This document shows positions 24,461-37,730 of a stretch of 64,000 nucleotides of DNA, one piece after another. The stretch comes from Callorhinchus milii (lineage: Eukaryota). The stretch covers positions 10,168,001 to 10,232,000 of the forward strand of contig NW_024704758.1 in the NCBI RefSeq assembly GCF_018977255.1, given 5' to 3'. Position 1 is the stretch's first letter, and the number at the start of each line of letters is the position of its first letter. A program made the translations under genes and the position numbers. Under the pieces are notes generated by a model that worked only from the letters and a program-made list of their open reading frames with translations, searched no databases and had not been told where the DNA came from.

Positions 24461-26499
24461 AATTCAAATCCGGGCAAAATAGATGACATTTCTTCCTTAT
24501 GACAAAAGTCACAAGTGAAATAAATGCGAACTGTCACATGCCCAGCTCCCAATATACATAAATCTATGCACACAAACCTGCCTGAATGTGGTACTAATTC
24601 ATCAGTCTTGTTCTGAGAGACTACAGAACAGAATGTATTGGGAATAGAAATCTCCCACTGGTGAAATAATGGATGTTCTCACAACTTGAAGATCAATTAC
24701 ATTAATAAGGTGATTAAGAGCAACCCATGACTGCGAATGACCAATGGTGTAACTGACATGAGAATTCTGCTATTGATATGTGCACGAGTTAAAATATTCA
24801 AGTCGTCGCCATTGACATTGCTCAGCAGAGAGATCACATCATGATCTGCTCCATTTAGCATGATAAGGCTATGAGTGAGTTACAAGGCAGTTACACGGTT
24901 CAATGATTCTGGCACCAGCATAACGTTTGAGAGAAAGAAAGGCTCAAAATGTTTACAGCTGTATCTGGATCTGTAGATTTCCCAAACTACCAAGCACTTG
25001 TTCAAAATGAATGTAAGTGCAAAAATGTAATGCAATCCTTTCATGTGATGATTATATGTATTCAGCCTACATGTTGGATTATAAAGGGCCAAGGGTGTGG
25101 AAAAAACAAAATAAGTCAAGAAGTGGTCAAGAAGGTGCTGAGGCGAAACGTGGGTTTAAAGGCTTGCAGAGTGCAAGAGAAAGGGGATTGCGAGCTCTGC
25201 TATTAACATCTAAAGCAGGAAATTGAACTTGACAGCAGTGCCTAGACTTGATAGTTCTAAGGTTAAGAAGGGAACCTTTCAAAGAAAGAGATGTTAGTTG
25301 TATTTAACTTGCTAGAGAAATAAGAACTTGACGAATTGAAAGAAGCAATTCTATCATTGCCTCCATCGAAAAGAATGCTGAAGATTTAATGATTCAGCCA
25401 GTGCACTATGAGAGGAATGAAGCTCGTGCGAATTGTGGAAATGACATTTGAAGGGTGCATTCATGAATAAAGGATCTGATGATAAGGATATGCGATGAAT
25501 GCAGAAGCTCGTGCAAAATGATCCAAAGTAGGAGAGAGAACATAAGCCTATAATAACCAAGTTAGCCCTGAAAATAACTTTTTGGGATTGAAGATCCCAA
25601 AAAGTTACTTTCATTAGAATCGGACAATGTCAACTCCTGGGGATGTTTTTAATAAGAAATTAATCTACAAAGAATTCAGGAGCAGAGATGCTGAGCTGCA
25701 AACAAGTCAAGCACCAATGTCTTTTTTTAGGCAGGAAGTCTCAGGGCTATCAGGATGTGTAACCTCATCCACAAGCCTTAAGAGTTAATATACAGAACAG
25801 TGGATGTTTTGTGAGAAACCAGCAGATACTTACAAGTGTTCGAGTGTTGGTAAAAACCATGAGCGTGGTGGAGCTTACATGATTAATGAGGCAGAGACTG
25901 ATGAGGGTGTACAAGGTGAGTCAGTGCAGCAGCCAAGCTGAAAACCGCACTGACGGTCGTGGATTAGATCAGAACATTGAACGTAATGTTGAATTTCCGA
26001 GCCTACAACTTTCATAACTTCAGAAAGTACAGATTTAAGAGCATTATGGAGGTAGTTTCAAAGGTAAGAAGGAATCACACATTAACCTTACTTTGCTAAC
26101 AGGTCAGTGGAGACTTTAGCCTCTGTGGGTCCTCTGGTACTTCTAAATTTTCAGCTCATCCACTGAGGTCCTGAAACATATATTAACATTACAAGAATAA
26201 AATTACTCAATTTTATTGGTTGCAACATTACCCTTTACCCTGTTAAAATAGATACAAAATGCATAATTCTAAATAAAAAGAGTGCTTTAATAAAAAAAAC
26301 TTAAACTTGATACAATCCTTAAACATAAACGTATTGAATAAATGTATTAAATTACTTATTTTATCTTCAAGATATTAATCATTTTACCTTCTAGAAGAGT
26401 AGTGCATTCATTGCTCGCCTTCAGGTGCACGGCAGGGGAAAAAAGAGTTGTGTCAAGTAAGCAGCAAAAATAGTGGAATAAAACAATGTAAGTGTTGGA

Positions 26500-26950
26500 C
26501 AATTAAGTGAAGGACAAGTTGTGCTTCTTTGATGCAAAATGTCATGTCTTTGTCAGTGTCAAACAGTCGGAGTTTCTTTTAATCATGCCCACTGACTTAC
26601 AGAGTTAAATGTTAAGCACTTGACTATGTTTTTACATACCATTTGCACATGACTTGAGGGTCACAAATGTGCCATTTGCTGGTAACCAACCACCTTTCTA
26701 GTCATTCCCAGAGATACTTTCTGGCATATTTCCTTTAGCAGCTTAATGATTTATGACAGCTCCTCTTGAAAATCTGGGTTTGAGTGTTAGAATGTCCGGC
26801 GCAATCAACTGACAATCTCTGCTGAGTGGCATTTGGGATCACTTGAAAAGCTTATTAATGTGAGTCGGGTAGGTGGATGTCACAGCTGATTTATCATTCA
26901 GGAGCACAAAAAACAGCATTGCTCTCTGCTTATCTCTTAGGCAAAGGTGT
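26500..26950. promoter_or_regulatory. Candidate developmental enhancer (Pbx-Hox, Meis, TCF motifs)
   Basis: TGATTTATGACAG at 26747-26759, TGATTTAT at 26887-26894, several TGTCA/TGACA, CTTTGAT at 26527-26533; no recognised repeat here. Confidence 0.35.
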
Positions 26951-29900
26951 CATAGACTGAGGTTTCACCACATCACAAAGAGGGTAAACAGCTTATGCCC
27001 GATCCATAGTTTGAAGACTACGATCATCACACGCTCGATCAAACAATAATGCATAAATGAAGCGCCTTAGGAAAGCCAACCATTTGAGTCCATGGTGTGG
27101 TTTTTGCAAACTTATGGATGAACAGTTTGTCCAGTTTTCTCACAGCAGTCTTTGCCGAAATCAAAGGGGTATGTGAGCCGGAATATTGTTAGCAGTTCAC
27201 CTCTTTTTTAAAACAAAGCAACTAAAGCTTTTTGTTATTTGGGGACAAATTTACAGCTTATTTTTCTTATTAAGTTCATGCTCCATTTGTGATTTTTTTT
27301 AAAAGTCGGATAGTGTCAGTAGCACTGCAAACTACAGGCTGCCCTGTGTCTGATTTTAATGTTGACCAATTGAGAGGGGATCAGAGATCTCCACAAATAC
27401 TTAGTTCTGCTTCAGTAAAGTTGGTAATGAGTGGTATTTCAATTCACTCCTCTGACCCTGACATAGAATGTATTCTGTATTATAGAGTGGCAAGATATGC
27501 CATCGCCTGAGCCAATACTGGAGTGGAAATAGAGAAAGGATCAGGATATTATACCAACACAGCTTTTCCCACTCTTTTCAGCCAGAGACCCAATTTGAAG
27601 AGGAGATTAGGGACCAGAGTCGATGCCAGGAGTTACAGTTAATGTAATGACAGTACTCTGAGATTGAGAATAATGGAATGTGGCACCCAAAATATAAACT
27701 AAATGTCAGTGCCGCTCTCTGTCTCCCACAGGCCTGTCACACAGTTTAGCTGATCCACAGTTTTAATGGCAAAGGTCAGGAGGAACAAGCAGAATGGGGT
27801 GGTGTAACTTTATAACGTGTGCACATGTTCCAGGGTACCACATTTCTTAAAGGGCTGGGCTGCTTGTCTGGACAGAAACTTCAACTATCACTTACTTGTC
27901 AACAATTCTGATGAGCATTCACACAATACGTTTGCACTGAAATTTGAAATGTGTAATGTGCCAGTCACTAACAATTCCCAATTGTCTCTTCAGGCATATA
28001 GTGAACCTCAATTGTTTTCTATTTACACATGAACCAGGCCTAAGGAAAGTATATTGTTTTGGCTGAATTTCTGACAGACGGAAGAGAAACATCCATTCAA
28101 TTCTTGTTGTTTTGCTGTGAAATATTAAGTACCTCAACATTTTGCATTGGACCTCAATGTAAAGTATAAAAATCAATACAATTTATCACAGAATTATCAC
28201 TAAGAGTTATCAAAAATGTGATTGCGGTTACTAAATAATGCACACGGACTGACAATAAATGCACAGGTGGCACCCCAAATGAGGTTTGAATTATCTTTGT
28301 GTTGTTAGGATTTTAATAGAACATTACATTGGAGGCAAATAAGCAGACAAACACATTATTACAGAAAAGACTTATAAACACTTCCCAAGTGAAAACAAAA
28401 AGCTGTAAAACGCCAAAGAACATCTGGCTGGCATCTTGATAATTGCTCAAACCAAGAAGTTTGACAATAATCAACTCCACTTAAACTGAACACTGAAGAT
28501 TTTTGTTCACCGAAGAGAAAGGTGAAAAAACTCTCGGTGTCATTATATAATGTTTATGTTATCATAATGCTTAAAGCTTTCTGAGCCTTAATTATAATCA
28601 TGCATGAGTAAAACTGACATGTTTTTTTTCTCATGCCTGGTTCTGGAATACTGCTTTGAGCAGAATTTAAGCACAGAGCACCTAGGATTACCATCTCATT
28701 ATGTGTGAATGTAAGCATTTGTAATGTAAAAGTGTTAGCAGTTTTGAATTATTGTGAAGATTAAATGACAGCTCACTGTTCTTCAACCATTGCCACATGA
28801 CAGATTTTGCATTGAGTTATGCTGCTAAATTTGCATTTTAGTGTTAAATGAGCACATTTCACATATTTTTAGCTTAACCTCAGTCGTTCTTTAGTCAGTG
28901 AATTTCTGATTCAACAGACCTCATTTTTTTCAGACCATTTTTTCAAACCCTAGCACTTTTCCTGTGCCACAGGCAAAGTTGAAATATTTGAAGTGCAATC
29001 CTTATCAATGTCTTCTTTTTCAGATTTTCAGTCATAACTTAGAGAATTTGTCGGTTGTAATCATTGTGCTATGCCACTTAAATATTAATAAATTATAATG
29101 AGATCTCCCGTTAAAGATGTCAATTTGGTTAATAATAAAATAGACATTAGCTTTCAATGTAAAATCTGTGAGCCTTACATTTATAAGATGGAGAATGTGG
29201 TTAAATGTGCCCTCACTTTAGGGAATAATGTATTATATAGTGTAGTAACAAAAGTCTTAATTTCTTCAGAAGCCCTACATATGAAATGAAATCTGTATTT
29301 TACAAATTTCTGACTTTTTTAAAAAAAAGGTTATGATGGATCATATCTCTAGTGGCATAACCAATCAATTAATAATGAAAGAATGAAGTCAAGAATATTG
29401 TATTTAACTTACTGCACTGTAATTGATAAGAATATCCGCGGGAATTGATTTGACTAATTTTAACAAAAAATTAACTCTGCAAAGATCACTTCTGGCAAAT
29501 TTTGGCAAAAAAATGAGCAGTTTCTACATTTTGATTGGATTCCTCAACAGTTGAGCTATTCATGGTTCACATACTCCAGACAACCGAACTTACCATTTAA
29601 ATGTCAAGTATCACTCAGTTCTAAGGGAAAAAATTACATTGGAGCAGTCCTCATGCTCATTGTGATTCTGTTTGGGATGCATAAATGTTACATCAATGTG
29701 ATTATTCCTATTCACAGAAATGTAACAGAATAGATATGAAACAAATTATGCTGTTAGTTAATTCTATTTTCAATTCATTGATCTACCCCAATAATGTTTT
29801 TGCTGTAAACTGAACAACCACAAACAAATTGAAGATTTCTATCCTTCACTGAACAACCCTGTTTAGCGATTCTTAATTCACCAATGCAAACAACCTTTCT

Positions 29901-30126
29901 GTGGATTCATTATATTCACAAAAACCTCCAGGTATAGATATAATTCTATAAAAGTTGGCAGTAATAAATGACTAAACTCTGAATTGGGAATTAATTTCAC
30001 AAGCCGTAGAGATTTGAAAAAATCTATTTATTGTCACCTCTATTTTTCCTTGTTTAATCTCATGAGTCATACTTTTTCATCACATGTTACTTTATTGCGA
30101 ACTCCAGCTCAGCTCTATTAAGTGTA

Positions 30127-30535
30127 ATCTGGCTCAGTTGGTGGCACTCTTATCCCTGAGTCACAAAGTTGTGGGTTCTCGACCCATGTCAGGTCTTTGA
30201 GATAATAGTCTTGGCTGACATTTCAGTGCAGTGCTGGGAAGTGTTGGACCTGTTGTATTACGTTTGAGATGATACACTTGTTCGGGTGGACGTTAAAGAT
30301 CTCATGGGATATGAAAAATGAAAAATTTGTTGGCAATGACCTTGCCAACAATGTCCCAGATAAAATTGGTCATTCGCTTCATGATTGTTCATCGAACATT
30401 GCTGTACACAAATCAGTTACTGCATTTGCCCACAAAATACATTGTCAATATGCACTTTACAGTAAATCCTGTGAAAAGTTTTGAGATGCTCTCCCAATGT
30501 GAAAGGCTCCAAATAAATTGCAAGGATTGTTATTA
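30127..30535 (+). mobile_element. Full-length old DeuSINE (SacSINE1/AmnSINE-related)
   Basis: tRNA-like head TGGCTCAGTTGG...GGGTTC, GGCTGACATTTCAGTGCAGT, GGTGGACGTTAAAGATCTCATGG, Deu 3' block and L2-type tail. Confidence 0.85.
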
Positions 30536-33500
30536 ACTCAGACATCATTATGATCATTATGCAGTTCTGTTCAACTTTGATCTCACTTAAGTTTATTTAA
30601 CCATACATAACCGCTGTAGAATCAGGTTAATACCAGGTTAATGTAAACCTGAATTTAATTAATGGTTATCAAAAATTAAACTTGCTATCCTTCCACCATC
30701 CCAAAAAACCTCTTCCACTTCTAAATAGACATTATGATGGGGTTTGAGCAAGATTGTATTTGTAAGTCTGAAAATGACTGTTATTTCTACCAGAGGCAGA
30801 CCAAACAGTCATTTGCCTTTCATTCTGTGTCAGCAAGACCATCATTAATTCTGACTGTCAGTCAATTCGAAAGCCACTTGAAGCCTTAATGAGAGAGAGA
30901 TGCCGTGGCATTCTCATACCACTCATTTCCTTGATCAATTACGTTGATTCATCGTGGCTTGGACACCAGAACATTGTTACCTTGTTAACAAAACGTCATC
31001 CCGATGTGAACAGTGCTATATAAATGCAATTTGCCTTTGTTGTTGTTGTCTCAATTATGATAAGACACTATATCAAATGGAAGGATTATTATTATATGTT
31101 ACACAAAACAGAGGAAATCTGTCTCCTACTATTTGTCTATTTTATACTCGAACTTGTCTGTTGATCTTATCAAAACTGTGGGAGCCAGGTTATGATGTGT
31201 AGGAAAATTAGTGAAGTTCTGGTATAAAACCTATAATTCACAATGTTGAATCATGTTTGTCTTAAGTAATAAAGAGTGCCAGTTATAATGATAATACATT
31301 TTTAGTTTTGTACAGTAAGCCAAGTAAAACCATTCAAATACTGTTGAAGTTTGTTACAAGCAAAGCAGATTATCAGAAAACTAGTGAAACAACCTTGCAT
31401 TTGATATTTAACATATTCTGGAGTAATGTAAACTCTTAAATAATTATTAAAAATAATATTTTATTCAAAGTAATTAAATCTTGTGGCTGCAATTCCCTAA
31501 TGTTATCATCACTCTTAACCTTCATCTGTCATTTATTTGATTTAATTCCCATTTAAATTTATGTTTGAAATGAGCTTTATTTTTTATTGAACATTAATCT
31601 TGACATCGCTGTCGCACATTTTGATACAGAATACATGATTACATCGTAACAAATAGCTGCAGCACTGGAACAGTAATAAGATGTGAATTATTTATTTGTG
31701 TTATAATGCAGTTGCCACTTTTTTAAATTCCTCTGTGACATTTAAAAGGAATGGTATGAAGAACAGAAGAACATCCCAACACTTGACAAACTTTTGCAAA
31801 ATATAATGACCCCATTAATTTTATTTACATGTTCATATTGCTAACATCACAACCTGTTTATGGTGTCTAACCATGGTGAAACATGAAAAAAAGGTTACTC
31901 TACAGATTTTCCTCTCATCTACATAATAAATGGAACCTAATTTTCACTCGACTCATGTGAGGTATTTTACAATAATTATCACAATCAAACTTTCACACCA
32001 CAGTAAATTCCACAGAACAAATTCCTCGTGTTTGAAATCACTCTATTTCAGAAATCATTGATTCTTACATTATTATTTGGGGAAGGAGGGAATTCAAAAT
32101 GTAAAAATCTGTGAAATTATTCAAATGGAGCAGTTTAAACCGATTTGTTAGATATGAAAGCAATAGAGTGTTTTTGGGGTTAAAAGATTGTGTAAAAAAT
32201 GTTTTACTCATTCTCAAGTTTAACTCTCTCTTGAGATCATGGAATTCAATAAATACACATTCCCTGTTTGATCATTCACAGCTGAGTACAGATATCAGTG
32301 AGACTAGGCTGGTTTACCATCATTTTAAAAAGAGTTACAGCAGCTCTGATGATAAGTCACCGAACAATTTATGATATTAACATCAGTTTGATTTAATCCA
32401 TTTTAACAAGCATGTTTTAATAAACGCTAAAGGGAAAGTCTTTAAAAACTATACTCTCCTATTACTTCTTCAAACCTTCACAGCCAACTTTTAAATCACC
32501 AATAAATCTCCTTGCAGGGACATTATCTGAAGGCTAGCCACAGAGACAATAATTTTGCATGGCATATTTTGTCTACGATTTACCCATTGAAACCGCATCG
32601 CTGTTTATACAATTACTGACCTTGACATGGCACTTAAAAGTCATGAAAGTTTCAATTAAAATATATTAAATCGTCACTCTTCATTAATGTCTTTCCACAA
32701 TGCACTGTACGTATGTTTGCTTCTGAGCTATACAGAATACAGTCATAATTTTGCAGTGCATACTGTGTCTTCACTACTGTATTTTAGTTGTTTATGTGAG
32801 CTCCATGACGTGACATGTGAGTTGAAAAAATCTCACCCGGGAATATTGGAATTCATTGCAGTTCTTAAAAAAAGCCAATTTTGAAATTCAGACTGAATTC
32901 AAGAACTTTCCGCAGACCTGTGCTAACTTGAATTTTAAGACAAAGTGGCCGTGGAGGCAAAGACTAGGTCCAATTTCAGGCCCTGAATCCACTGAACCAT
33001 AAAATGATTTTTTCCCAGAGATTATACGATTTTATTTGGGAACATGCACACTGTTATAGTATTAGCTTCAACTGTTTGAGGGAAAGTTTTCCTGTATGTT
33101 TTTTATAAGTTGAATTTAAACACCAGAAGAATACAATCTCTCTCTCTCTCTCTTGCTGTCTCTCACGCACACACGCTCTATGCATGAGTGCATTGTTTTT
33201 CTTGAAGATCATTCAAGTGGTATATGCATTGGCTATTCTTTCAATCAGAATTTCTGTGTGGCAAAGCTGATGATTAATTCAATAATGTCAGAATTCACGT
33301 GCGGAGTTAATACAACATGACAATGCGACGTATGTGATAAAGTAGCTGGGATCAAAATGTCAGGAAAATATTTTTTTTCTTGAGGTAATACAAAGATCAA
33401 CACATTGCTTCAACGGCAACATTCACTTGACAGGCAGATTGCGAAGCTCCACCTTCGGACACTGCAGCACAAAATGAAGACCGTCGAGAATTTTCTTCTG

Positions 33501-33889
33501 TCGTGAATGCATCTGACAATCATCTATAATGCGTCTCAGAATTAATGTTTAACCAAATATGTCATCCCAGGCTGTGACTTATGAGACAGTGAAGCAGAGA
33601 AAAACTCATCCATTCTACTTGCAAATGATAAAATTGATAAGAACATGGTGATCTTTCATAAAAAAAATGTGATTTACTTATCAGCGACCTAAATTTAATT
33701 ACAGGTTTCATGTTGTCCTGGTTTGATTTTTATTGTGATGGATTATGGGTATTTGCTAGTGTCACCCTTTCTCCGGGGTTATTGATTGCTCTGCTCTGCT
33801 ATTCCCATTACTCTTTCCTGCAGTGACATTAAAGTTGTCAATATCACGTGATCCATTTGTTCGTTCGATACAGAGCTGAAATATTGCAT

Positions 33890-33919
33890 GGGGTGGGTGG
33901 GTGGGGGGGGGGGTGTGGG
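33890..33919 (+). other. G-quadruplex-forming motif
   Basis: At least four G-runs of 3 or more with 1-3 nt loops. Confidence 0.6.
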
Positions 33920-34282
33920 AGTACACAATTAAGTAAGTCATTTTAAAGAGTTCATTCAATTTTTAATAACTTATCTTATTTTCCTTGGAAGATCAGCGAT
34001 TGTTTAGTTTTTTTTTAAAAAAAACTTCTGAGAAAGTTCTTCGTCCGTTTTGGAAAAAGTACCCCACTAAATTGCCCAGACAGTTAACATTCTAGTGAAT
34101 GTTAACTAATGAATTACTTACTTACAAATATTAATTAATTACTTACAAATAATTAGTTAATTGATGTTAATCAAAGAAATGCATCATTTTCACAAAACCA
34201 GTGCAAAATCTCCTAAAAGGGATACAAACACACTGTTTAAAAATATTCATTTGTGAATTACCTTCACAAACATTTGGATATC

Positions 34283-34543
34283 ATAAGACCATAAGACGTA
34301 GGAGCAGGAGTAGGCCATTCGGCCCCTCAAGCCTGCTCCGTCAGCTAATAAGATCATGGCTGATCTTCTAACCTAATTCCATTTACCCGCCCTACCCCCA
34401 TATCCCTTAATTCCTCTATCCTTTAGAAATCTATCAACCTCAGTCTTGAATATGTTCAAGTACTGATCATCCACAGCCTTCTGGAATAGAGAATTCCACA
34501 AATTCACTACCCTCTGAGTGAAGAAATGTTTCCTCAACTCAGT
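34283..34543 (-). mobile_element. CR1 LINE 3' end (shark HER1-like 3'UTR)
   Basis: CATAAGACCATAAGACGTAGGAGCAGGAGTAGGCCATTCGGCCC tail; ORF end LRKHFFTQRVVNLWNSL. Confidence 0.9.
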
Positions 34544-34734
34544 TCATTGGCAATTATGTCTCCCAGAATGTTGCAAACAACTTGACATGAAAAGGTGTTT
34601 GAAAATAATGGATGCAGTGAAAGTAATAGAGGAGAGGGAGTTTACACAAAGTAGAGATTTGTGAGTAAACCAGGACAACATTTATAGAAATCAACAGACA
34701 ATTCAGTGGGAAAGCTTGAAAATAAAGTAATAAT

Positions 34735-34850
34735 GAAAATAAGAATCCTTGCATCCAATATGGCGTCTTATCACAATGTCATCGATGTGTTTCAAAGCTC
34801 TTCACAGGATATACCGCAAAGTGGTTTGATCATGTATCCTGGGGGCGAAA
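34735..34850 (-). mobile_element. Diverged SINE tail
   Basis: AATCCTTGCATCCAATATGGCG...TCAAAGCTCTTCACAGGATAT...GGGCGAAA. Confidence 0.65.
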
Positions 34851-37514
34851 AGTACAGTTTTGTTTCAGTTACGAAAGTAATTGCCTCTGCTGGCAATCTA
34901 CTGGGAAGAGGATTCAATTCCATTTCTGGTGCTCCAGTTCATTCTGTATTTGATCTTTCATGGTCTCATGGGTAAATAATAACTTGCATTGATGAAGCCT
35001 TTTTTCATGTAAAATAAACATCTGAAAGCTCTGCGCAAAATTGAATTGATCAAAAATGAAAAAGTAATGTCCCATAAACAACGAGATGTCAAATTTAAAA
35101 GTATATAAAGAGTTTGGATCCAAACACAAAAACTCATTTAGAAAACAAAAGGTTAAGTGTAGGGTTGTGTTTCAGTGTGCTACCTATGGCAATTAACTAA
35201 TTTAATACCAATTAAGCTATTACTATGTTCAAAAGTGACAGGCAACCCAGCAGAGCTGTGTGTAGCAAAGGATAAGAAGTCTTGTGAATTGAACTAAATG
35301 CNAAAAAAAAATCTTTCCTTCTCTTGGATTTTTGTGTCTGGTCCTTCATGATGTTAGTTGAGCAGAGGATGTAGAGGATTGGTGTATTAGGAAGGAATAC
35401 AAGTTTGTTTCTGGCCTTCAGCTGGAAGGAATGTATCTGTATCCCTTGCAGTCTAAGCCAATTGACTCACCAGTTTTGCATTTGCCTCATTATTCAGAGT
35501 TTAGATTTAGAGGGTTTCACACAAAAGCCTCCAGGTCTGAAGCTGGAATGTATCCAAAGTTTCATCCCTTGTTCTCTGCACCTGGTCACCAAGTAATTAC
35601 TGCATAGGCCCATGGGCAGAAATGATAACTTATTACCTGTAACCATGTACTGAAGAGTTCAATGCTCAGCTGCTCATTATTCAATTTCAAGTGAAGAAAT
35701 GTCTGCTTATGCAGCTATGGATTTTAGCTTGTGCATTGCTAAAGAGAAAGATGAGCTCCTACCCAACAATAAATCACAAATTCATGCTTTCACTATTTAA
35801 ATGAAGAAACCATTTGTACACAAAACTTATCATCTGAACAATTATTGACCTCACCGCTGGAGCACAATGTTGCTGCTTTCTGCAATGTCACTGCTTGTCC
35901 AGTCTTGGCCGAGCTATCCCATATTAATATCCATTTAGGCCTTAAAGTTAGCAGCACAGATGTCGATGAGGTGACAGACAAGTGATCTTTTATGAGTGAC
36001 TTGTTTCCATTCCTGTAGATCCAACCTCTTGAAGTCAAGCAAATGGCTGTTTCATCCAGCCCTGGTAATCCAGCAGAGACTGTTGACTTGTTTCTGTTGG
36101 TCTGGTAAACAATCTCTCAGCTGCCACAAGTTGTCTAAGGAATATGCAACATTTCTATCAGAATGATTTTTTAAAACCAATTTCCAGTCAGATCAGCCTC
36201 TTCATTCTTTTGTGTTTTTCTCAGATTTCTGACATAGATTCCAAAACATTCCCTACCTTGATCTTACGGTAGAATTTTCGCAATGCACCTTTTTGGCATT
36301 GAATGCTGCTTTCTATTTTATAGAGTTTCTTGGTTCACTGACGATTTTTTTCATGATAAATTGGCTGGTTGCCTTATTTCTCCTCATTTGAACCTGTTGT
36401 TTCAACCTAAGCAATAATCATCTGTAACACATTGATCCTTTAATGGGTTATGTAAACCGTGCCTGAAAATAGCCTTAATAAATGAATCAAAAGATGGTTC
36501 CAGTTTTAATGTATCCAGAAAATAACATCTTGACAGATTGAATAATTGGGAACCTTTCATAAAAGCATACAAGAATTATTGGACATGTACAAAAAATAAG
36601 CAATGGCACTCAATACAAAAGATTCCATGGCAATTAGTGAAAATTCCCACATTGAATTCTGTATTACAAATGGAAAGAGGTAGATATAAACTTTTTAAAA
36701 AATGGGTTCACACAGGCGTAGACTTCCAACTCCTAACCCTCCCAGTGCTCGCCACTGCCATACTGAGCAGCCTCACTTCCTTCAGTGGACAGGGATATCG
36801 ACTTTGTCTTGGACAGTTTGAATCCCATGAGCAAAAGGTAGCTCATTCGCTATCAGCTGCTCACTAGATTCAAAGAATTACAATGTCGTACCAACATTTA
36901 CCAGCATTTTTCAAAAAATGAAGAGGGCTAGATTTTCCCCCCATCCCCCACCACCAACACTTGTCCAGCTAGCTGGGGTTTAGGTGTAACAGAATACACC
37001 CAATTGGTAATTTAAAATAACTCCATCTGCCACTTCTGTTGTTTGTAAAATGACCTCAGTTCCAGCTTCTACTTGTTGCTGTAAAGATTAATGGGAAACT
37101 GAAAAGGTGCATCTTTTGTGATTGGTTTATTCCTTCTAAAGTGGCATGTAGGAATGGGAATGGGTCAGGACACCATCCTCCTACTTGCATTGAAGCTACT
37201 TGGCTCAAAGGTGGCATTATCCACATGTGTTTTAGGCAGTATCTGTGGTGTAGAATTGCCTAGGGACTTCTACATCCTTCTGTTTCGGATTCCATGGGGA
37301 ATATATCACCATCAATCTCACTGATGCGGTTCCACGACTGTAATGGATGACTGCACAGTGAGTTTTGCTTGCTGCCGTCTAAATGTGCTTTCTGCCTAAC
37401 CCAACCGAAGGTAGTCACAATCTGTTAGTGACCCAATAACTCTCCGAGTATGTGGATTATACATTTCCATTGTTAATTTCTTCAAATTTCTTTTTGTTTG
37501 CTGCTCATGACTAT

Positions 37515-37730
37515 GAAAAAAAGGTTATTAAAGTTAAGACCATAATAACATTTATAAGGGAACTGGATAAATATTTGAAGAATAACATAAAAGGGTTTGG
37601 AGAAAGAATAGGAATTAGGATTCGAGTAGATTTTTTTAAATCCTCGCATCTGTTATAAAGAAGCTGGCAAAAAGGATAAGATCAATGAGACAAATGGTTT
37701 CCACTGCAGAAAGGTTTTCATAATTCTAGT
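37515..37730 (+). mobile_element. Old CR1 3' end
   Basis: KTIITFIRELDKYLKNNIKGFGER is the typical CR1 ORF2 terminus. Confidence 0.7.

Noticed and set aside
34082-34170. 11-bp perfect hairpin and short direct repeats
   Set aside because: Very AT-rich, low-complexity context; no termini or TSD to define a MITE.
35302-35302. Single N base
   Set aside because: Assembly ambiguity beside a poly-A run; not biological.
36925-36945. GGGCT..ATTTT Harbinger-type MITE terminus (similar ends near 5940, 6830, 32980)
   Set aside because: I could not pair any of these with a matching opposite terminus or TSD.
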